A DNA stretch of 33,127 bases from positions 1 to 33,127 of the forward strand of contig JBFRWN010000135.1 of NCBI GenBank assembly GCA_051439605.1, written 5' to 3'. Position 1 is the stretch's first letter; each line of letters opens with the position of its first letter. A program made the translations under genes and the position numbers. Below, piece after piece: positions 9,546 through 19,750 of this stretch. The notes beneath the pieces were generated by a model. It did not search any database. It saw only the letters and a program-made list of their open reading frames with translations, and was not told where the DNA came from. The DNA comes from Synechococcus sp. (GTDB lineage: Bacteria > Cyanobacteriota > Cyanobacteriia > Thermostichales > PCC-7336).

Positions 9546-10646
9546 TTACTCCTCCTCACCCTCAAGGCTGACCTTGAACACATCGCTGAAGACCTTCTGC
9601 ACTTTGTAGCCGGAGTCGATGGACTCGAGAGGATCTTTGCGCAGGCGGTGGCGCAGGCAGAGGACAATTACGCGGCGGATGTCATTGAGTTCAACTTCGG
9701 TGCGACCTTCTAATGCTGCTAAGGCTTTAGCAGCGCGGTTGGTAACGATGTCCCCCCGCAGTCCGTCCACATCTAGCTCGGCGCACACTTCAGAAATCTT
9801 CAGGCGCAGATCGTGGGAAATAGTGACGCTTGGGAGTAGTTCCCTAGCTGCTTGTAGCTGACGTTGAGTCTCTTCTTGCTTGACAGAGTATTCCACCAAA
9901 AAACCTTCGGGATCGGAGTCAAACTGAGTGCGTTGCTCCACAATCTGTACGCGCAGATCCGGCTGGCGAACGGTGCGGATTTCAGCATGCATTCCGAAAC
10001 GGTCCAGTAACTGAGGACGCAGTTCCCCTTCCTCTGGGTTACCGGAACCAACCAGAACAAAGCGGGCAGGGTGGCGGATGGAAATGCCTTCGCGCTCAAC
10101 GGTGTTCCAGCCAGATGCTGCAGAGTCTAGGAGAACGTCCACAAGGTGATCGTCCAGCAAGTTAACTTCGTCCACGTACAGTATGCCGCGATTGGCTCTG
10201 GCCAGCAGGCCGGGTTCGAATGCTTTTACACCCTCAGAGAGGGCTTTCTCGATATCGATGGTGCCGCAAACACGATCTTCTGTGGCTCCCAAGGGAAGGT
10301 CCACCATAGGTACCTGCTTGAGAGCCATGGGGATCTCGTCCGTTTCTCCCTGGACGCGCTCCCAGGCTTCATCACTCATCAGCTCCCGCTGGGAAGGATG
10401 GCTGTTGAAGGGGTCGTCGGCGATAACTTCGATTTCGGGCAGTAGGTCTGCCAGGGCGCGGATGGTGGTGGACTTGCCTGTGCCGCGATCTCCCATAATC
10501 ATGACGCCGCCAATCTTAGGGTCGATTACGTTCAGCATCAGGGCCAATTTCATTTCTTCTTGGCCGACGATGGCAGTAAAGGGAAAAACGGGACGCTTTT
10601 TCGTTTTCACAGCAACCGGACTTTCGAGAGCAGCAGTAGGCGACAT
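9546..10646 (-). CDS. chlI: Magnesium chelatase ATPase subunit I
   Basis: Motifs [13 protein letters not shown], Walker [21 protein letters not shown], Walker [26 protein letters not shown] and [16 protein letters not shown]. Confidence 0.97.
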   Translation of the reverse strand: MSPTAALESPVAVKTKKRPVFPFTAIVGQEEMKLALMLNVIDPKIGGVMIMGDRGTGKSTTIRALADLLPEIEVIADDPFNSHPSQRELMSDEAWERVQGETDEIPMALKQVPMVDLPLGATEDRVCGTIDIEKALSEGVKAFEPGLLARANRGILYVDEVNLLDDHLVDVLLDSAASGWNTVEREGISIRHPARFVLVGSGNPEEGELRPQLLDRFGMHAEIRTVRQPDLRVQIVEQRTQFDSDPEGFLVEYSVKQEETQRQLQAARELLPSVTISHDLRLKISEVCAELDVDGLRGDIVTNRAAKALAALEGRTEVELNDIRRVIVLCLRHRLRKDPLESIDSGYKVQKVFSDVFKVSLEGEEE

Positions 10647-10947
10647 TACTAAAACATTTCAATTATCTTCAACTTCAGCATTATCGCCTTCAAACGGTCG
10701 TCTCTGGTGTATTGGGGCCAAAGTAATTGCGGTTTCTTGTCCAGATTTATCTCGCTTCAGGCAAGAATCGCCCTTTTGTTTCCCCTGTAAGGGGTTCACA
10801 GAGCCGGTTTCTATCGGGAATCGGACTTTACTCCGCGGGTCTCAGGTCCCCCCTCTGCCCAAGGGTTCTGTTGAAAAACCGTAACGGTTCGTTATGGTGT
10901 TGGGGGTACTGAATAGGCGATCGCCTTCTTTGTTGGCCGGAGTGATC

Positions 10948-11433
10948 ATGCTCGAATTTCCCCCCACCGTGTCTCAATTGTTTGATGCCTCCAACCTGGT
11001 GGTGTTGCCCTTCTGGACACTAATGATTTTTCTGCCCAAATGGAAAATCACCCGCCGTATCATGGATTCCTATCTCCCCTTTGTGGGGCTCGCGGGCCTC
11101 TACATTTACTTACTGGTGGGTACCATCACCCCCGAATCTGCCGAGGCATTGGCCAATCCAACGGTGTCTACGATTGCCGAGTTTTTTGCTGACGAACGGG
11201 CGGCTGCGACGGGATGGGTGCATTTTGTAGTGATGGACTTATTCGTGGGTCGTTGGATTTACCTCCAGGGGCAGCGCACAGGGCTGTTTACCTCCCATTC
11301 CGTTGCCCTGTGCCTGTTTGCTGGGCCCATTGGGCTGCTATCCCATATCCTGACAGAGTGGTCTTGGGGAGCGTGGAAGCAGTGGCGCTGCCCAGAGACT
11401 GATGAGGCTGAGGTTGATAGAGCAGAAGCCTAA
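10948..11433 (+). CDS. ABA4-like (DUF4281) membrane protein
   Basis: Motifs VLPFWxLMIFLPxW, GWxHFxxMDLFVGRWIY and HSxxLCLFAGPxGLLSH; ATG 10948 preceded by GGAG. Confidence 0.85.
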   Translation: MLEFPPTVSQLFDASNLVVLPFWTLMIFLPKWKITRRIMDSYLPFVGLAGLYIYLLVGTITPESAEALANPTVSTIAEFFADERAAATGWVHFVVMDLFVGRWIYLQGQRTGLFTSHSVALCLFAGPIGLLSHILTEWSWGAWKQWRCPETDEAEVDRAEA

Positions 11434-11471
11434 CCAGCGTGGCATTGTGCCAACTTCTACCCCCGTGATGA

Positions 11472-11993
11472 ATGACCGATGACTCCAGACGAATGCAAAC
11501 CATGACCCTCGATCGCCCCTGTCCCTGCGGCAGCCAGACTCCCTACGGAACCTGCTGCGGACGATTCCACCGTGGGGGACAAGTAGCGACGACAGCTGAG
11601 GAGCTGATGAGGTCGCGCTACGCCGCCTTTGCAACCGGCAATATCGATTATCTGATTGCCACCCACCACCCCTCGAAGCGAACAGCAGAGGAGCGAACCA
11701 GCCTCATCAAAACTTGTAAAGACACCGCTTGGTTGGAATTAAACATTGTGGACTCCCAACAGGGAAGCGCTGCCGACAGCGAGGGGATCGTTGAGTTTAT
11801 TGCTAGATACGAATCACTAACGGGTCTCGGCTCGCAGATTGGCATGTTGCGGGAGCGATCGCGGTTTGTCAAAGAAAATGACCAGTGGTTTTATCTGGAT
11901 GGCGTTCAGGATGATGGGCGAGCCCGCGGACGCAACGAACCCTGTTGGTGCGGTAGCGGCAAAAAATTCAAAAAATGCCACGCACGCATGTAA
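11472..11993 (+). CDS. YchJ-family protein with SEC-C motif
   Basis: Motifs CPCGS...CC..FH, TAEELMRSRYxAF, GxVEFIARY, ERSRF...WFYLDG and C-terminal GRNEPCWCGSGKKFKKCH. The start may be ATG 11502. Confidence 0.9.
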   Translation: MTDDSRRMQTMTLDRPCPCGSQTPYGTCCGRFHRGGQVATTAEELMRSRYAAFATGNIDYLIATHHPSKRTAEERTSLIKTCKDTAWLELNIVDSQQGSAADSEGIVEFIARYESLTGLGSQIGMLRERSRFVKENDQWFYLDGVQDDGRARGRNEPCWCGSGKKFKKCHARM

Positions 11994-12066
11994 TACAATG
12001 CGACGAACGCCAGAGAGGTGTGGCGGACAACTCTAGCCCCGATGTCATTGAGTGGATCGCCAAGAT

Positions 12067-12666
12067 TTACAGGCAACCAAATAATTCCAAACGATATCGA
12101 CCGCCAATGCTTCCCCCTGGTCTACTAACGGTAATGATGACTGATTCCACTGCAGCCCCGGTAGAGGAATTTCCTTCGAATCCGTGCAGATGTTGTTCGG
12201 ACATGGGTAAAGAGGATACACCGTAGACGGTTTCATCAGAGCCATTCTTGTATTGCAGCACCATCTTAATGGTGTAGCTGGCCCCCAAACTTTCCGAAAG
12301 TATTGTGCCGATATAGCGACTATAGCTCGGACTCTCGAGGATGTTGAATTGAGTACGGTTACCGTCTTTAAGGCCAATCCATCGCAGGGGTGGGGGAGAG
12401 GAGTATCCACTCGTTTTTCGTACTACCGTTGTTGTCCCTCCGGAAACAGTCATCGGTTGGCATGTACCGTCGCTGGGTACCGATATTCCAGTGTTGACCG
12501 CAGGTAATCCCTGCTGCACCCTCTGGCAGCGGCTATTACTGGGATAAGTGCGGCAAAGATCCTCAAGAGACACTTGGGCTTGGACGGGGACTGCGGCTAG
12601 CAGAGCAACACCAATACCTCCAAATAAACTCAGAAGCCTAGACCCCTGCCAACGACTGTATTTCAT
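12067..12666 (-). CDS. Hypothetical secreted protein
   Basis: 199 aa with a Sec-type signal peptide ending VQA, a CRTYPSNSRC motif and a beta-rich C-terminal domain. Confidence 0.7.
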   Translation of the reverse strand: MKYSRWQGSRLLSLFGGIGVALLAAVPVQAQVSLEDLCRTYPSNSRCQRVQQGLPAVNTGISVPSDGTCQPMTVSGGTTTVVRKTSGYSSPPPLRWIGLKDGNRTQFNILESPSYSRYIGTILSESLGASYTIKMVLQYKNGSDETVYGVSSLPMSEQHLHGFEGNSSTGAAVESVIITVSRPGGSIGGRYRLELFGCL

Positions 12667-12861
12667 GCGACATTCCTAATTCGAGTTTTTTAATGGGGTA
12701 ATCCAGAGCGAACACAATACCATCAATATTTAAAACAAATCGAGACCTATCTTTGCTTAGAAAAGGCCGTGTTAGCATTCAACTCATATCGTCTGATGGG
12801 ATAGCGAGCAGGCAGCTAAACTGAATGCTTTTACCCAGTCGTGAATGGAAATTAGTATGGG

Positions 12862-13962
12862 TTGGCTAATTCCCAGATATTCTTCATGAATCACCTCAAA
12901 GTTCGACTCAATGCACTCTTGCATCACTATGTTGGTAAATGGTACGTCACCCTCGAGCGGGCCGTCCCACGATCGCTCTTAGAGCAACAATTAGCTGATT
13001 CCTCCATTCCGTCCTTCGGATTTTATTTCATGCTTTCACTGTCGGCGGTGATTGCAACGTTGGGCTTGGTTGCCAATAGCCCCGCCACCATCATCGGAGC
13101 CATGATTATCGCGCCGCTGATGAGTCCCATTGTGACACTGTCATTTGGGTTGGTAACTCTAGATTGGAAATTGAGCTTTCGTTCTAGTCTTACCCTGGTG
13201 ACCGGGGTTTTCTGGACTGTTTGCGTGGCTTATCTAACAGTAGCCATCATCGGTACGCGCCTCGTAGGGTCAGAAATTGTTTCCCGGTCTAACCCCACTC
13301 TTTTAGACCTTGGAGTGGCCTTGGCAGCAGGAGCTGCTGGAGCCTTTGCGATGACGCGCAAAAATATTGGTAATGCCTTGCCAGGTGTTGCCATCTCTGT
13401 GGCGTTAGTGCCACCTCTCTGTGTTGTGGGGGCAGGCCTTGCCCTCGGCCAAGATTTTAGTCCGATTCCTAGCAACCAATTGGGTGGGGAGCGCTTAGCA
13501 ACCGGGGCCATGCTACTGTTTCTAACTAACCTGATTGGAATAATATTCTGCGGCAGCTTAGTCTTTCTTGCCAACGGATATGCTAACTTTAAACGGGCAT
13601 TTCTTGGCATCGTAGCATCAGTTTTTTCTGTGTTTTTATTAGCGTTTCCTCTAAGCTTTTCTTTGGAGGAGCTACTGGTTCGAAATCAGATTTATCATGA
13701 TGTAAGGAGTTTCGTAGATGAATTCTTCCCAGAGTGGGAAGATCGAGTCCACAGTTTAGATTTCAGTGTTGACGTAAAGGGTAAATCGGTTTTCATTGAA
13801 GCGGATTCATTGGTTCAAAATGATTTAGAATTTAAAGATGGATTGGTTCTGTTACGCGATGCGCTATCTCAATCTACGGGTAAAGATGTATATATGAAGG
13901 TCCGAGTTTTACCCTTTAGAACTGTTGAGGTAGCGCCTTTGGACTTGGATAAAAACCCTTAG
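12862..13962 (+). CDS. DUF389 (TIGR00341-like) membrane protein
   Basis: Motifs IATLGLxxNSxAxIIGAMIIAPLMxPI, EIxSRxxPTLLDLxVALAAG, LPGVAISVALVPPLC and LLFLTNL. The start is uncertain (TTG 12862 or ATG 12886). Confidence 0.88.
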   Translation: MANSQIFFMNHLKVRLNALLHHYVGKWYVTLERAVPRSLLEQQLADSSIPSFGFYFMLSLSAVIATLGLVANSPATIIGAMIIAPLMSPIVTLSFGLVTLDWKLSFRSSLTLVTGVFWTVCVAYLTVAIIGTRLVGSEIVSRSNPTLLDLGVALAAGAAGAFAMTRKNIGNALPGVAISVALVPPLCVVGAGLALGQDFSPIPSNQLGGERLATGAMLLFLTNLIGIIFCGSLVFLANGYANFKRAFLGIVASVFSVFLLAFPLSFSLEELLVRNQIYHDVRSFVDEFFPEWEDRVHSLDFSVDVKGKSVFIEADSLVQNDLEFKDGLVLLRDALSQSTGKDVYMKVRVLPFRTVEVAPLDLDKNP

Positions 13963-14318
13963 CTACCGAACTGGCAACTGTACCATTCTATTCGCGGTCT
14001 TGTGCTCTGTAGAGATGGAAGGCTTAACTGAAAAGCGATCGTCATGCCCTTGTCCGTGTTCTGTCAAAACAACTACAACGCTTCTGAATCTAGTAAATAT
14101 GACTGATGGCATCTTTGTAGGCCAGTCAGATCTCTGTCCAGAAGTAGGGGTTGGACTGGGGAGATAGCCTAACGGACTTGACGGTTACTACAGGGTGCGA
14201 ATAAAACTCAAGCTGTGAAGTCTGAATCTAAAATATTCTGGTTATTTCAGTGCCGATTTAAGACTGCAGGAATGAGAATTTTAATTGAATATGTTAAAAC
14301 AACCTGGAATGACGCTTA

Positions 14319-15086
14319 ATGAGAATTCAACTATTGAGTAGATATACCCTTAGGGCTGCCATTTTAGCTTCAGCCCTCGTTATTTTTCCAGCTATATCTT
14401 CTACGATTGTTCATGCTTCAAGAGAGCCGCTGCCTGCCCCCGGAGATGCCAGCGCAGATTTTGCTGCTCGATCGCAACAGATTGAGGAGAGGGCAGAAGA
14501 ATTTTTGCAGACACTGCTTGAGAAGCGCTTTGAGGATGCCCGACAAATGCTTGTCGCAGACCTAGCCGCAGAGCTGTCAGCCGAGGATATACAGGAGCGT
14601 TGGGATGCCATCAACGTCAGTGTTGGTGATTTACAGGATCGCGGTGAGATTCGCTACGAATGGGCAGTGAATACCGATTTTGTGGTCATGGAGCTGAATT
14701 TTGAACAAACGTCTGGGGATGTCATCCTTAGCTTTAATAACGAGCAGATGATTACCGGGGTCGATTTCCCGCCATTACGCGAAGCCGATGCCAGGATCGT
14801 GGCTGAAAATATGATTGATGCGCTGGCTAGCGAAAATTATCTAGAGGCCAGAAAAGATTTACATCCTATCTTGAAAGACGAGCTGACCCCAGAAGCGATC
14901 GCCCAAAAGTGGCAGGGCCTGCAACAAGTGACTGGATCGTTTAGACGTCGAGTAGACACCCAAATCCGTAAAACAGACGAGTTTCAATTGGTTACGATTG
15001 CGCTGGAATTTGAAAATCAGACTGAAGATATGATTATCTTCTTAAACTCTGAAAATCAGGTATTAGGGGTTGATTTCCCCCTGTAA
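14319..15086 (+). CDS. Secreted protein with two tandem DUF3887-like domains
   Basis: Signal peptide followed by two similar halves: AExxxxxLxxxxxxxAR...LxxELxxExIxxxW...FE...FNxExxxxGVDFP. Confidence 0.75.
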   Translation: MRIQLLSRYTLRAAILASALVIFPAISSTIVHASREPLPAPGDASADFAARSQQIEERAEEFLQTLLEKRFEDARQMLVADLAAELSAEDIQERWDAINVSVGDLQDRGEIRYEWAVNTDFVVMELNFEQTSGDVILSFNNEQMITGVDFPPLREADARIVAENMIDALASENYLEARKDLHPILKDELTPEAIAQKWQGLQQVTGSFRRRVDTQIRKTDEFQLVTIALEFENQTEDMIIFLNSENQVLGVDFPL

Positions 15087-15191
15087 ATACATTGATTTCA
15101 GGACTTTTTGTCTAGCGAGCTCTGGTGGAGCTTCATCCTTCACTTGGACGGGGGATTTCACTGAGATAAGCTTCATCCTCAGGGTGGCCAT

Positions 15192-16067
15192 CTAGGTGGA
15201 TGGATACTCTCGGGGGCGCTTGCGCACCTCTGCTGCCGCTGGGGCGAACGCTGGTAAGTTGGCCTTCTTCACTTGAATACCTCCGTATCCGTCCACTGGT
15301 TGAATCCAGTTAGACGCCAGCTCCGCAAACCGCTCCGAATCATTTCCGCTGACAAAAAAGCGGGTGGTTGAGTGGCCGCTGTGGGTACTTAATCCTAGGA
15401 AGTCCAGCTCTCTAGCAACGGCGGTCGCCAGTGACACAGCCGGATCGATGAGGGACACGGACTTAGGTAAGGCCTGACGAATGGCTGGCTCGATTAAAGG
15501 ATAGTGCGTACAGCCAGAGATCAAGGTGTCAATACCATGCTCTAGCAAAGGTGCCAAATAGTCGCGCACCGCCAGATGTAGTTCTGATGTGTTGAGTTGA
15601 CCTTCTTCAATTAAGGGTACAAAGCGAGGACAGGCCACCTCCCAGCATTGCAACTGAGAGTTAATTTCTTGAATGGCGTTGCGATAGGCATTGCTTTGAA
15701 CCGTTGCAGCGGTGGCAATCACTCCAATCCGTCTGCCCCGCTTGACCGCAGAGCGTGCCCCTGGCAAAATTAACCCCAAAATTGGCACTGGACAAGTTTG
15801 CCGGATCCGCTCTAGCGCTAAGGCCGAGCTGGTGTTGCATGCCATGACAATGGCCTTTACCGGCTGTTGCAGCATCCACTCAACGATGTCGCTAACACCG
15901 TGAATGATTTCGTTGGGGGAGCGATCGCCATAAGGCAACCGCACCGTATCCCCTAGGTAGATAAACGACTCATGAGGTAACTGTTCTCGGAGTTCTCGCC
16001 AAACTGTCAGACCACCTACACCACTATCGAAGATGCCAATCGGCAAAGACGATGCAATTGAACGCAC
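15192..16067 (-). CDS. murI: Glutamate racemase
   Basis: Motifs IGIFDSGVGGLTV, PYG, ACNTSS and GCTHYP, which include both catalytic Cys. The start is probably GTG 16067, downstream of AAGGAG. Confidence 0.95.
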   Translation of the reverse strand: MRSIASSLPIGIFDSGVGGLTVWRELREQLPHESFIYLGDTVRLPYGDRSPNEIIHGVSDIVEWMLQQPVKAIVMACNTSSALALERIRQTCPVPILGLILPGARSAVKRGRRIGVIATAATVQSNAYRNAIQEINSQLQCWEVACPRFVPLIEEGQLNTSELHLAVRDYLAPLLEHGIDTLISGCTHYPLIEPAIRQALPKSVSLIDPAVSLATAVARELDFLGLSTHSGHSTTRFFVSGNDSERFAELASNWIQPVDGYGGIQVKKANLPAFAPAAAEVRKRPREYPST

Positions 16068-16389
16068 GATCGGTACAAGCTCCTTGCAATGTAAGAGGAC
16101 GGGCTTGCTTGTGTGCAACCGCCGAAGAAACTAACCGGACGCAGCGGAAATACGACGGTTAGATACCCCAGCATGAGGTGCCCACTTGCACAGGTAAGGG
16201 TGAAGTGAGTGAGTTAGGAATCAGTTTAGTAGATTTTCTTACCGGTAGGTGGTAGCAGATGAACCTATTCAAGAAGGATTGAGGTTTCATGCTTCCAGCC
16301 CAAGAGGTAAGGTTCCAGTTCGTGCACCGAATCACTAACAGGACGGCCATAGCTTGCCCAACTTGTCACCGGCTCTACCCTTAAGAATG

Positions 16390-18441
16390 CTAGCGGCCGA
16401 AATAAGCCATAATCCCTCTGACGATGGATTGGGCCATTCGCTCTTGGTATTCTGGCGATCCCAATCTCCGAGCCTCGGTGGGGTTAGTAAGATACCCCAT
16501 CTCTAACAGCACCGATGGCATGGTGGTTGGGGTTTTCCGCACCATGAAGAACCTGGCCCGCCGGATATTGCGGTTCACAGCTCCCGTACCTGCCACTAAA
16601 TTGCGATGCATAATTTGGGCTAACCGAGCGCTATCGGGCCTTAGATAATAGGTTTCGATACCGCTAATATTGGAGCGATTGAGGGCGTTGCTGTGAATGC
16701 TGACTAAAATACTGGCTCCTCCTGCAACAGCACTGTCGATACGAGGCTGAAGCAGGATCTCGCGATCGTCGCGGCGGGTCATGATGACAGTGAACCCCTG
16801 CTGAAGCAATAGTTGCTGTACTCGAGTGGAGATAGCTAAGTTAACATCCTTCTCGCGAATGCCACCCACCCCAATCGCTCCCGGATCGCGTCCTCCGTGA
16901 CCAGCATCGATCGCCACAACGATGCCATTGCGGGTAGCTGGTTGAGGGGTGAGGGTAGGTTGCGATTGAGCAGGTTCAGGGGGGGGGCTTGGGGGCGCTG
17001 CCACAAGATTGTCGCCGGTAAACTCAAGTGTGATTTGCTTAGAGCCCAGACCGGGATACGGCTCCCGTACGCTGACGCCACGGGTGGGCTCCACCAAAAT
17101 ATTGACGGTGCGATCGTTCTCTTGGACAAACCTGATCCGCTCTACTGGACCGTTGACCGCCAGTCCTGGATCGTTCATACGTTCTGGCAAACGGGCAGGG
17201 CTGACGGAAATCCGGTAGGTGCGGCTGGAGGGGTCCCAATTACTGCGATAGAACATAAACCCATTGGCTTTAATCACCAGCTGATTGCCCTGCACCTGGA
17301 CGGAACTGATGGTGGTATTCGTTCCACTGCTTTGAGTGTTATTGCTTTGGGTGTTACTACTGCTGGGGGATGGAGTGCTGGTGACAGTTGTGCCAGCGGG
17401 GGTGAGAATAACCCCCCCTAGCGATGAATCGTAGCGCCCTTCCCAACCTCCGCTGGTGCTGTCTACATCTAGGGCAATGCGTGCAACTGTCGGCTGAAAC
17501 TGCCCCGCCCGCAGCATCGAAACACCAAACTGATTGATGGTCAGCTCCCTGGGACCTTTCATTTGAGAGACGTCCGTGTCTGGAAAATCCACCGCCACCC
17601 GATGGGGGTTAAATACGCGGCGGGTGGATACGTTGACGGGGCCGTTGGTACGGACTAAAACCCCCTCGGCAATGGTTTCAATCCCCAAGATGTGGGTTTT
17701 GACAGATGTGGATGCAGGTGGCTGGGGCAGTTCGGGCCTAGGGCTGGGGGCTGGGCTGGGGGTTGAGGTCGAACTGGAAGACGCGATTGGCCCTTGAGGT
17801 AGGTCGAACCGCGGGAGCATCAGCAGTTGCACCGCCCAGCGTTCCGGAGATGCGGTGAGGAGTTGTAGCTCCCGCTGACTTATGGGTTGGGCTGGGTCAA
17901 TATCGAGAACGAAGCGAGTGGTGGTGGGGTTGAATTGACTTACCCGCACTGACTGGACCCGGCCTGCATAATTGTTCTTCTCCTCGGGTTTTCCCCATTT
18001 CACATTGGGGACATCCACAACAATTCTGGAGGGGTTCTCTAAGGTAAAAAGGCTGGGGCGAGCGGCCCAACGGGTGCTGAACTCCAGACGACCTAGAACT
18101 GGGTTATAGTTCCAGCTTTGCAGCGTATTCTGAGCAGCCTGAGCCAGCGTAGTAGGGGGGGCAAGATCGGTGTCTAGTCTCTCCCCAGACTTAGCGGCGG
18201 TAGATGCCTCGGGACTGGCTGCACGGACGGCAGGTGCAGCTAAGCCTACGACCGAGGGAGCGATCGAGACAGTAATGCTACTCGAAACAACGACGACCCC
18301 CCCTAAAAGGTGCACCCACCAGCGCTGTTTACAAGCACTAGCCTTCTCAGCACAGGGATCAGCTAGAGGATTGTTAAACCACGGTTGATTCACCACCAGA
18401 CCTTTCAGCTTGGCGTTCGTTCCCACTGAAAGTCTCCACAC
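16390..18441 (-). CDS. amiC: N-acetylmuramoyl-L-alanine amidase (AmiC-type, AMIN domains + Amidase_3)
   Basis: AMIN motifs LENPSRIVVD, VRVSQF and NPHRVAVD; catalytic domain DAGHGGRDPG, EKDVN, SIHSNA and LLEMGY. It sits upstream of murI, as is usual in cyanobacteria. The start codon is uncertain. Confidence 0.9.
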   Translation of the reverse strand: MWRLSVGTNAKLKGLVVNQPWFNNPLADPCAEKASACKQRWWVHLLGGVVVVSSSITVSIAPSVVGLAAPAVRAASPEASTAAKSGERLDTDLAPPTTLAQAAQNTLQSWNYNPVLGRLEFSTRWAARPSLFTLENPSRIVVDVPNVKWGKPEEKNNYAGRVQSVRVSQFNPTTTRFVLDIDPAQPISQRELQLLTASPERWAVQLLMLPRFDLPQGPIASSSSTSTPSPAPSPRPELPQPPASTSVKTHILGIETIAEGVLVRTNGPVNVSTRRVFNPHRVAVDFPDTDVSQMKGPRELTINQFGVSMLRAGQFQPTVARIALDVDSTSGGWEGRYDSSLGGVILTPAGTTVTSTPSPSSSNTQSNNTQSSGTNTTISSVQVQGNQLVIKANGFMFYRSNWDPSSRTYRISVSPARLPERMNDPGLAVNGPVERIRFVQENDRTVNILVEPTRGVSVREPYPGLGSKQITLEFTGDNLVAAPPSPPPEPAQSQPTLTPQPATRNGIVVAIDAGHGGRDPGAIGVGGIREKDVNLAISTRVQQLLLQQGFTVIMTRRDDREILLQPRIDSAVAGGASILVSIHSNALNRSNISGIETYYLRPDSARLAQIMHRNLVAGTGAVNRNIRRARFFMVRKTPTTMPSVLLEMGYLTNPTEARRLGSPEYQERMAQSIVRGIMAYFGR

Positions 18442-18657
18442 CCTAAAACTAGAGCAACTATATCAACGGCATCTGGAGTGGGCCTTCTATCAAGCGTATA
18501 TATGGCAATGATTTAGGGCGAAACTCCTGCAAGGAGACGACGTTCAGCGACGAACCAATCTCACAACCTTCTAACTGTGCCAGCACGAACAGCAATACAG
18601 TTCAAGAGATGTCCGTAGAGACGGATGTTGGCTGAGTGAATGGTTTCTACCTTTCTA

Positions 18658-19311
18658 CTAACGATATCTCCTGTATAAATGAGTCCTACGGCCAGTCAAT
18701 AGAGGCGTATACAGCAGCCTTGTACCTCTTCTAAGTCTGCGATCGCGCCAATAATCTACCTCAGCCCGCAACAGACGTTCTTCGTTACGCCGCTCTCGCC
18801 TGGCCTCCCGGGCGGCTAATCTGGCCTCTCGGGCTGCCAAAAAGGCCTCCCGCTCTCGATCTGAATCGATGGCTTCAGTAGTCTGTGTTAGGCTAATCCG
18901 CTGCGGGCTACTCACCCTTGCCAGCACTGTTTTGGTATTTAAATCCGCCAATCGGGATCGATAGGCCAACAATTCATCGCTGGCACCTCGCTCCACGATC
19001 AGGCGATCGACCAACATAATTGCCAAAGGCCAATTTTCAGCCGCCACCGCCTCTTCCAGAGACTTCACATTCTCCGATGCAATGTTTGGTGAACCGGAAT
19101 TCAAGCTGGTTAACAGAGTGCGATATCTCAATAATTCATCGCTGGACCCATGTTCGACAATAAGGCGGTCGACCAGCGCAATAGCTAAAGACCAGTTTTC
19201 CGAATCAACTGCCCGATCCAATGCACTAAAGGTTTCGGAGGCGAGGGCAGGAACTGCTGCTAATGACAAAGACGTGGCGGCAAGTGCGACTACTAAGGAA
19301 CGAACGAACAT
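18658..19311 (-). CDS. Hypothetical secreted protein with tandem helical repeat and Arg-rich tail
   Basis: Strong AGGAGG ribosome-binding site, signal peptide ending ALA, and two 41-aa repeats that are 28/41 identical. Confidence 0.8.
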   Translation of the reverse strand: MFVRSLVVALAATSLSLAAVPALASETFSALDRAVDSENWSLAIALVDRLIVEHGSSDELLRYRTLLTSLNSGSPNIASENVKSLEEAVAAENWPLAIMLVDRLIVERGASDELLAYRSRLADLNTKTVLARVSSPQRISLTQTTEAIDSDREREAFLAAREARLAAREARRERRNEERLLRAEVDYWRDRRLRRGTRLLYTPLLTGRRTHLYRRYR

Positions 19312-19750
19312 AGTTCTTTCCTCCTAAAAAATAGTTGTCAAAGACTCACCATTCCTCAGACCTAACACTATTGTGGCATTTTGACCAAAGCTGAGGATCC
19401 CTTTTTAAGTACTTGTAATAGCCACTTGAGTCATCGTGGAATAGAAGGCTACGCTACTATCAATTCTATGAAAAACTAAACTTAATATGTCAAATAAAAC
19501 ACAATGAATACATAGATATATTTGCAATTTATTGACAGCACCGATCTCAGTTTCATGAGTATTTTTCACTAACAGCTGCATTCCATACACAACAGATGGA
19601 AACACATTTCTTGCCTGTTGTTTCCTGGTTTCCCTTTAAATGCCATAGGGAATCTGCTTTGGCCTTTCCGCAGCATCATCGGAATTCAGGTTGCAATGCC
19701 AGGGTTGAGAGAGAAAAAGTGACTGGTGAAATTGGATCCCCCCCTACAAC

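Noticed and set aside
16119..16389. Structured ncRNA between amiC and murI
   Set aside because: No recognisable 6S, SRP, tmRNA, RNase P or riboswitch signature and no strong stem by eye.
19595..19655. Yfr2-like small RNA (GGAAAC repeats on the minus strand)
   Set aside because: Only the short GGAAAC motifs match; I could not recognise the other conserved Yfr2 features. An Rfam scan would settle it.
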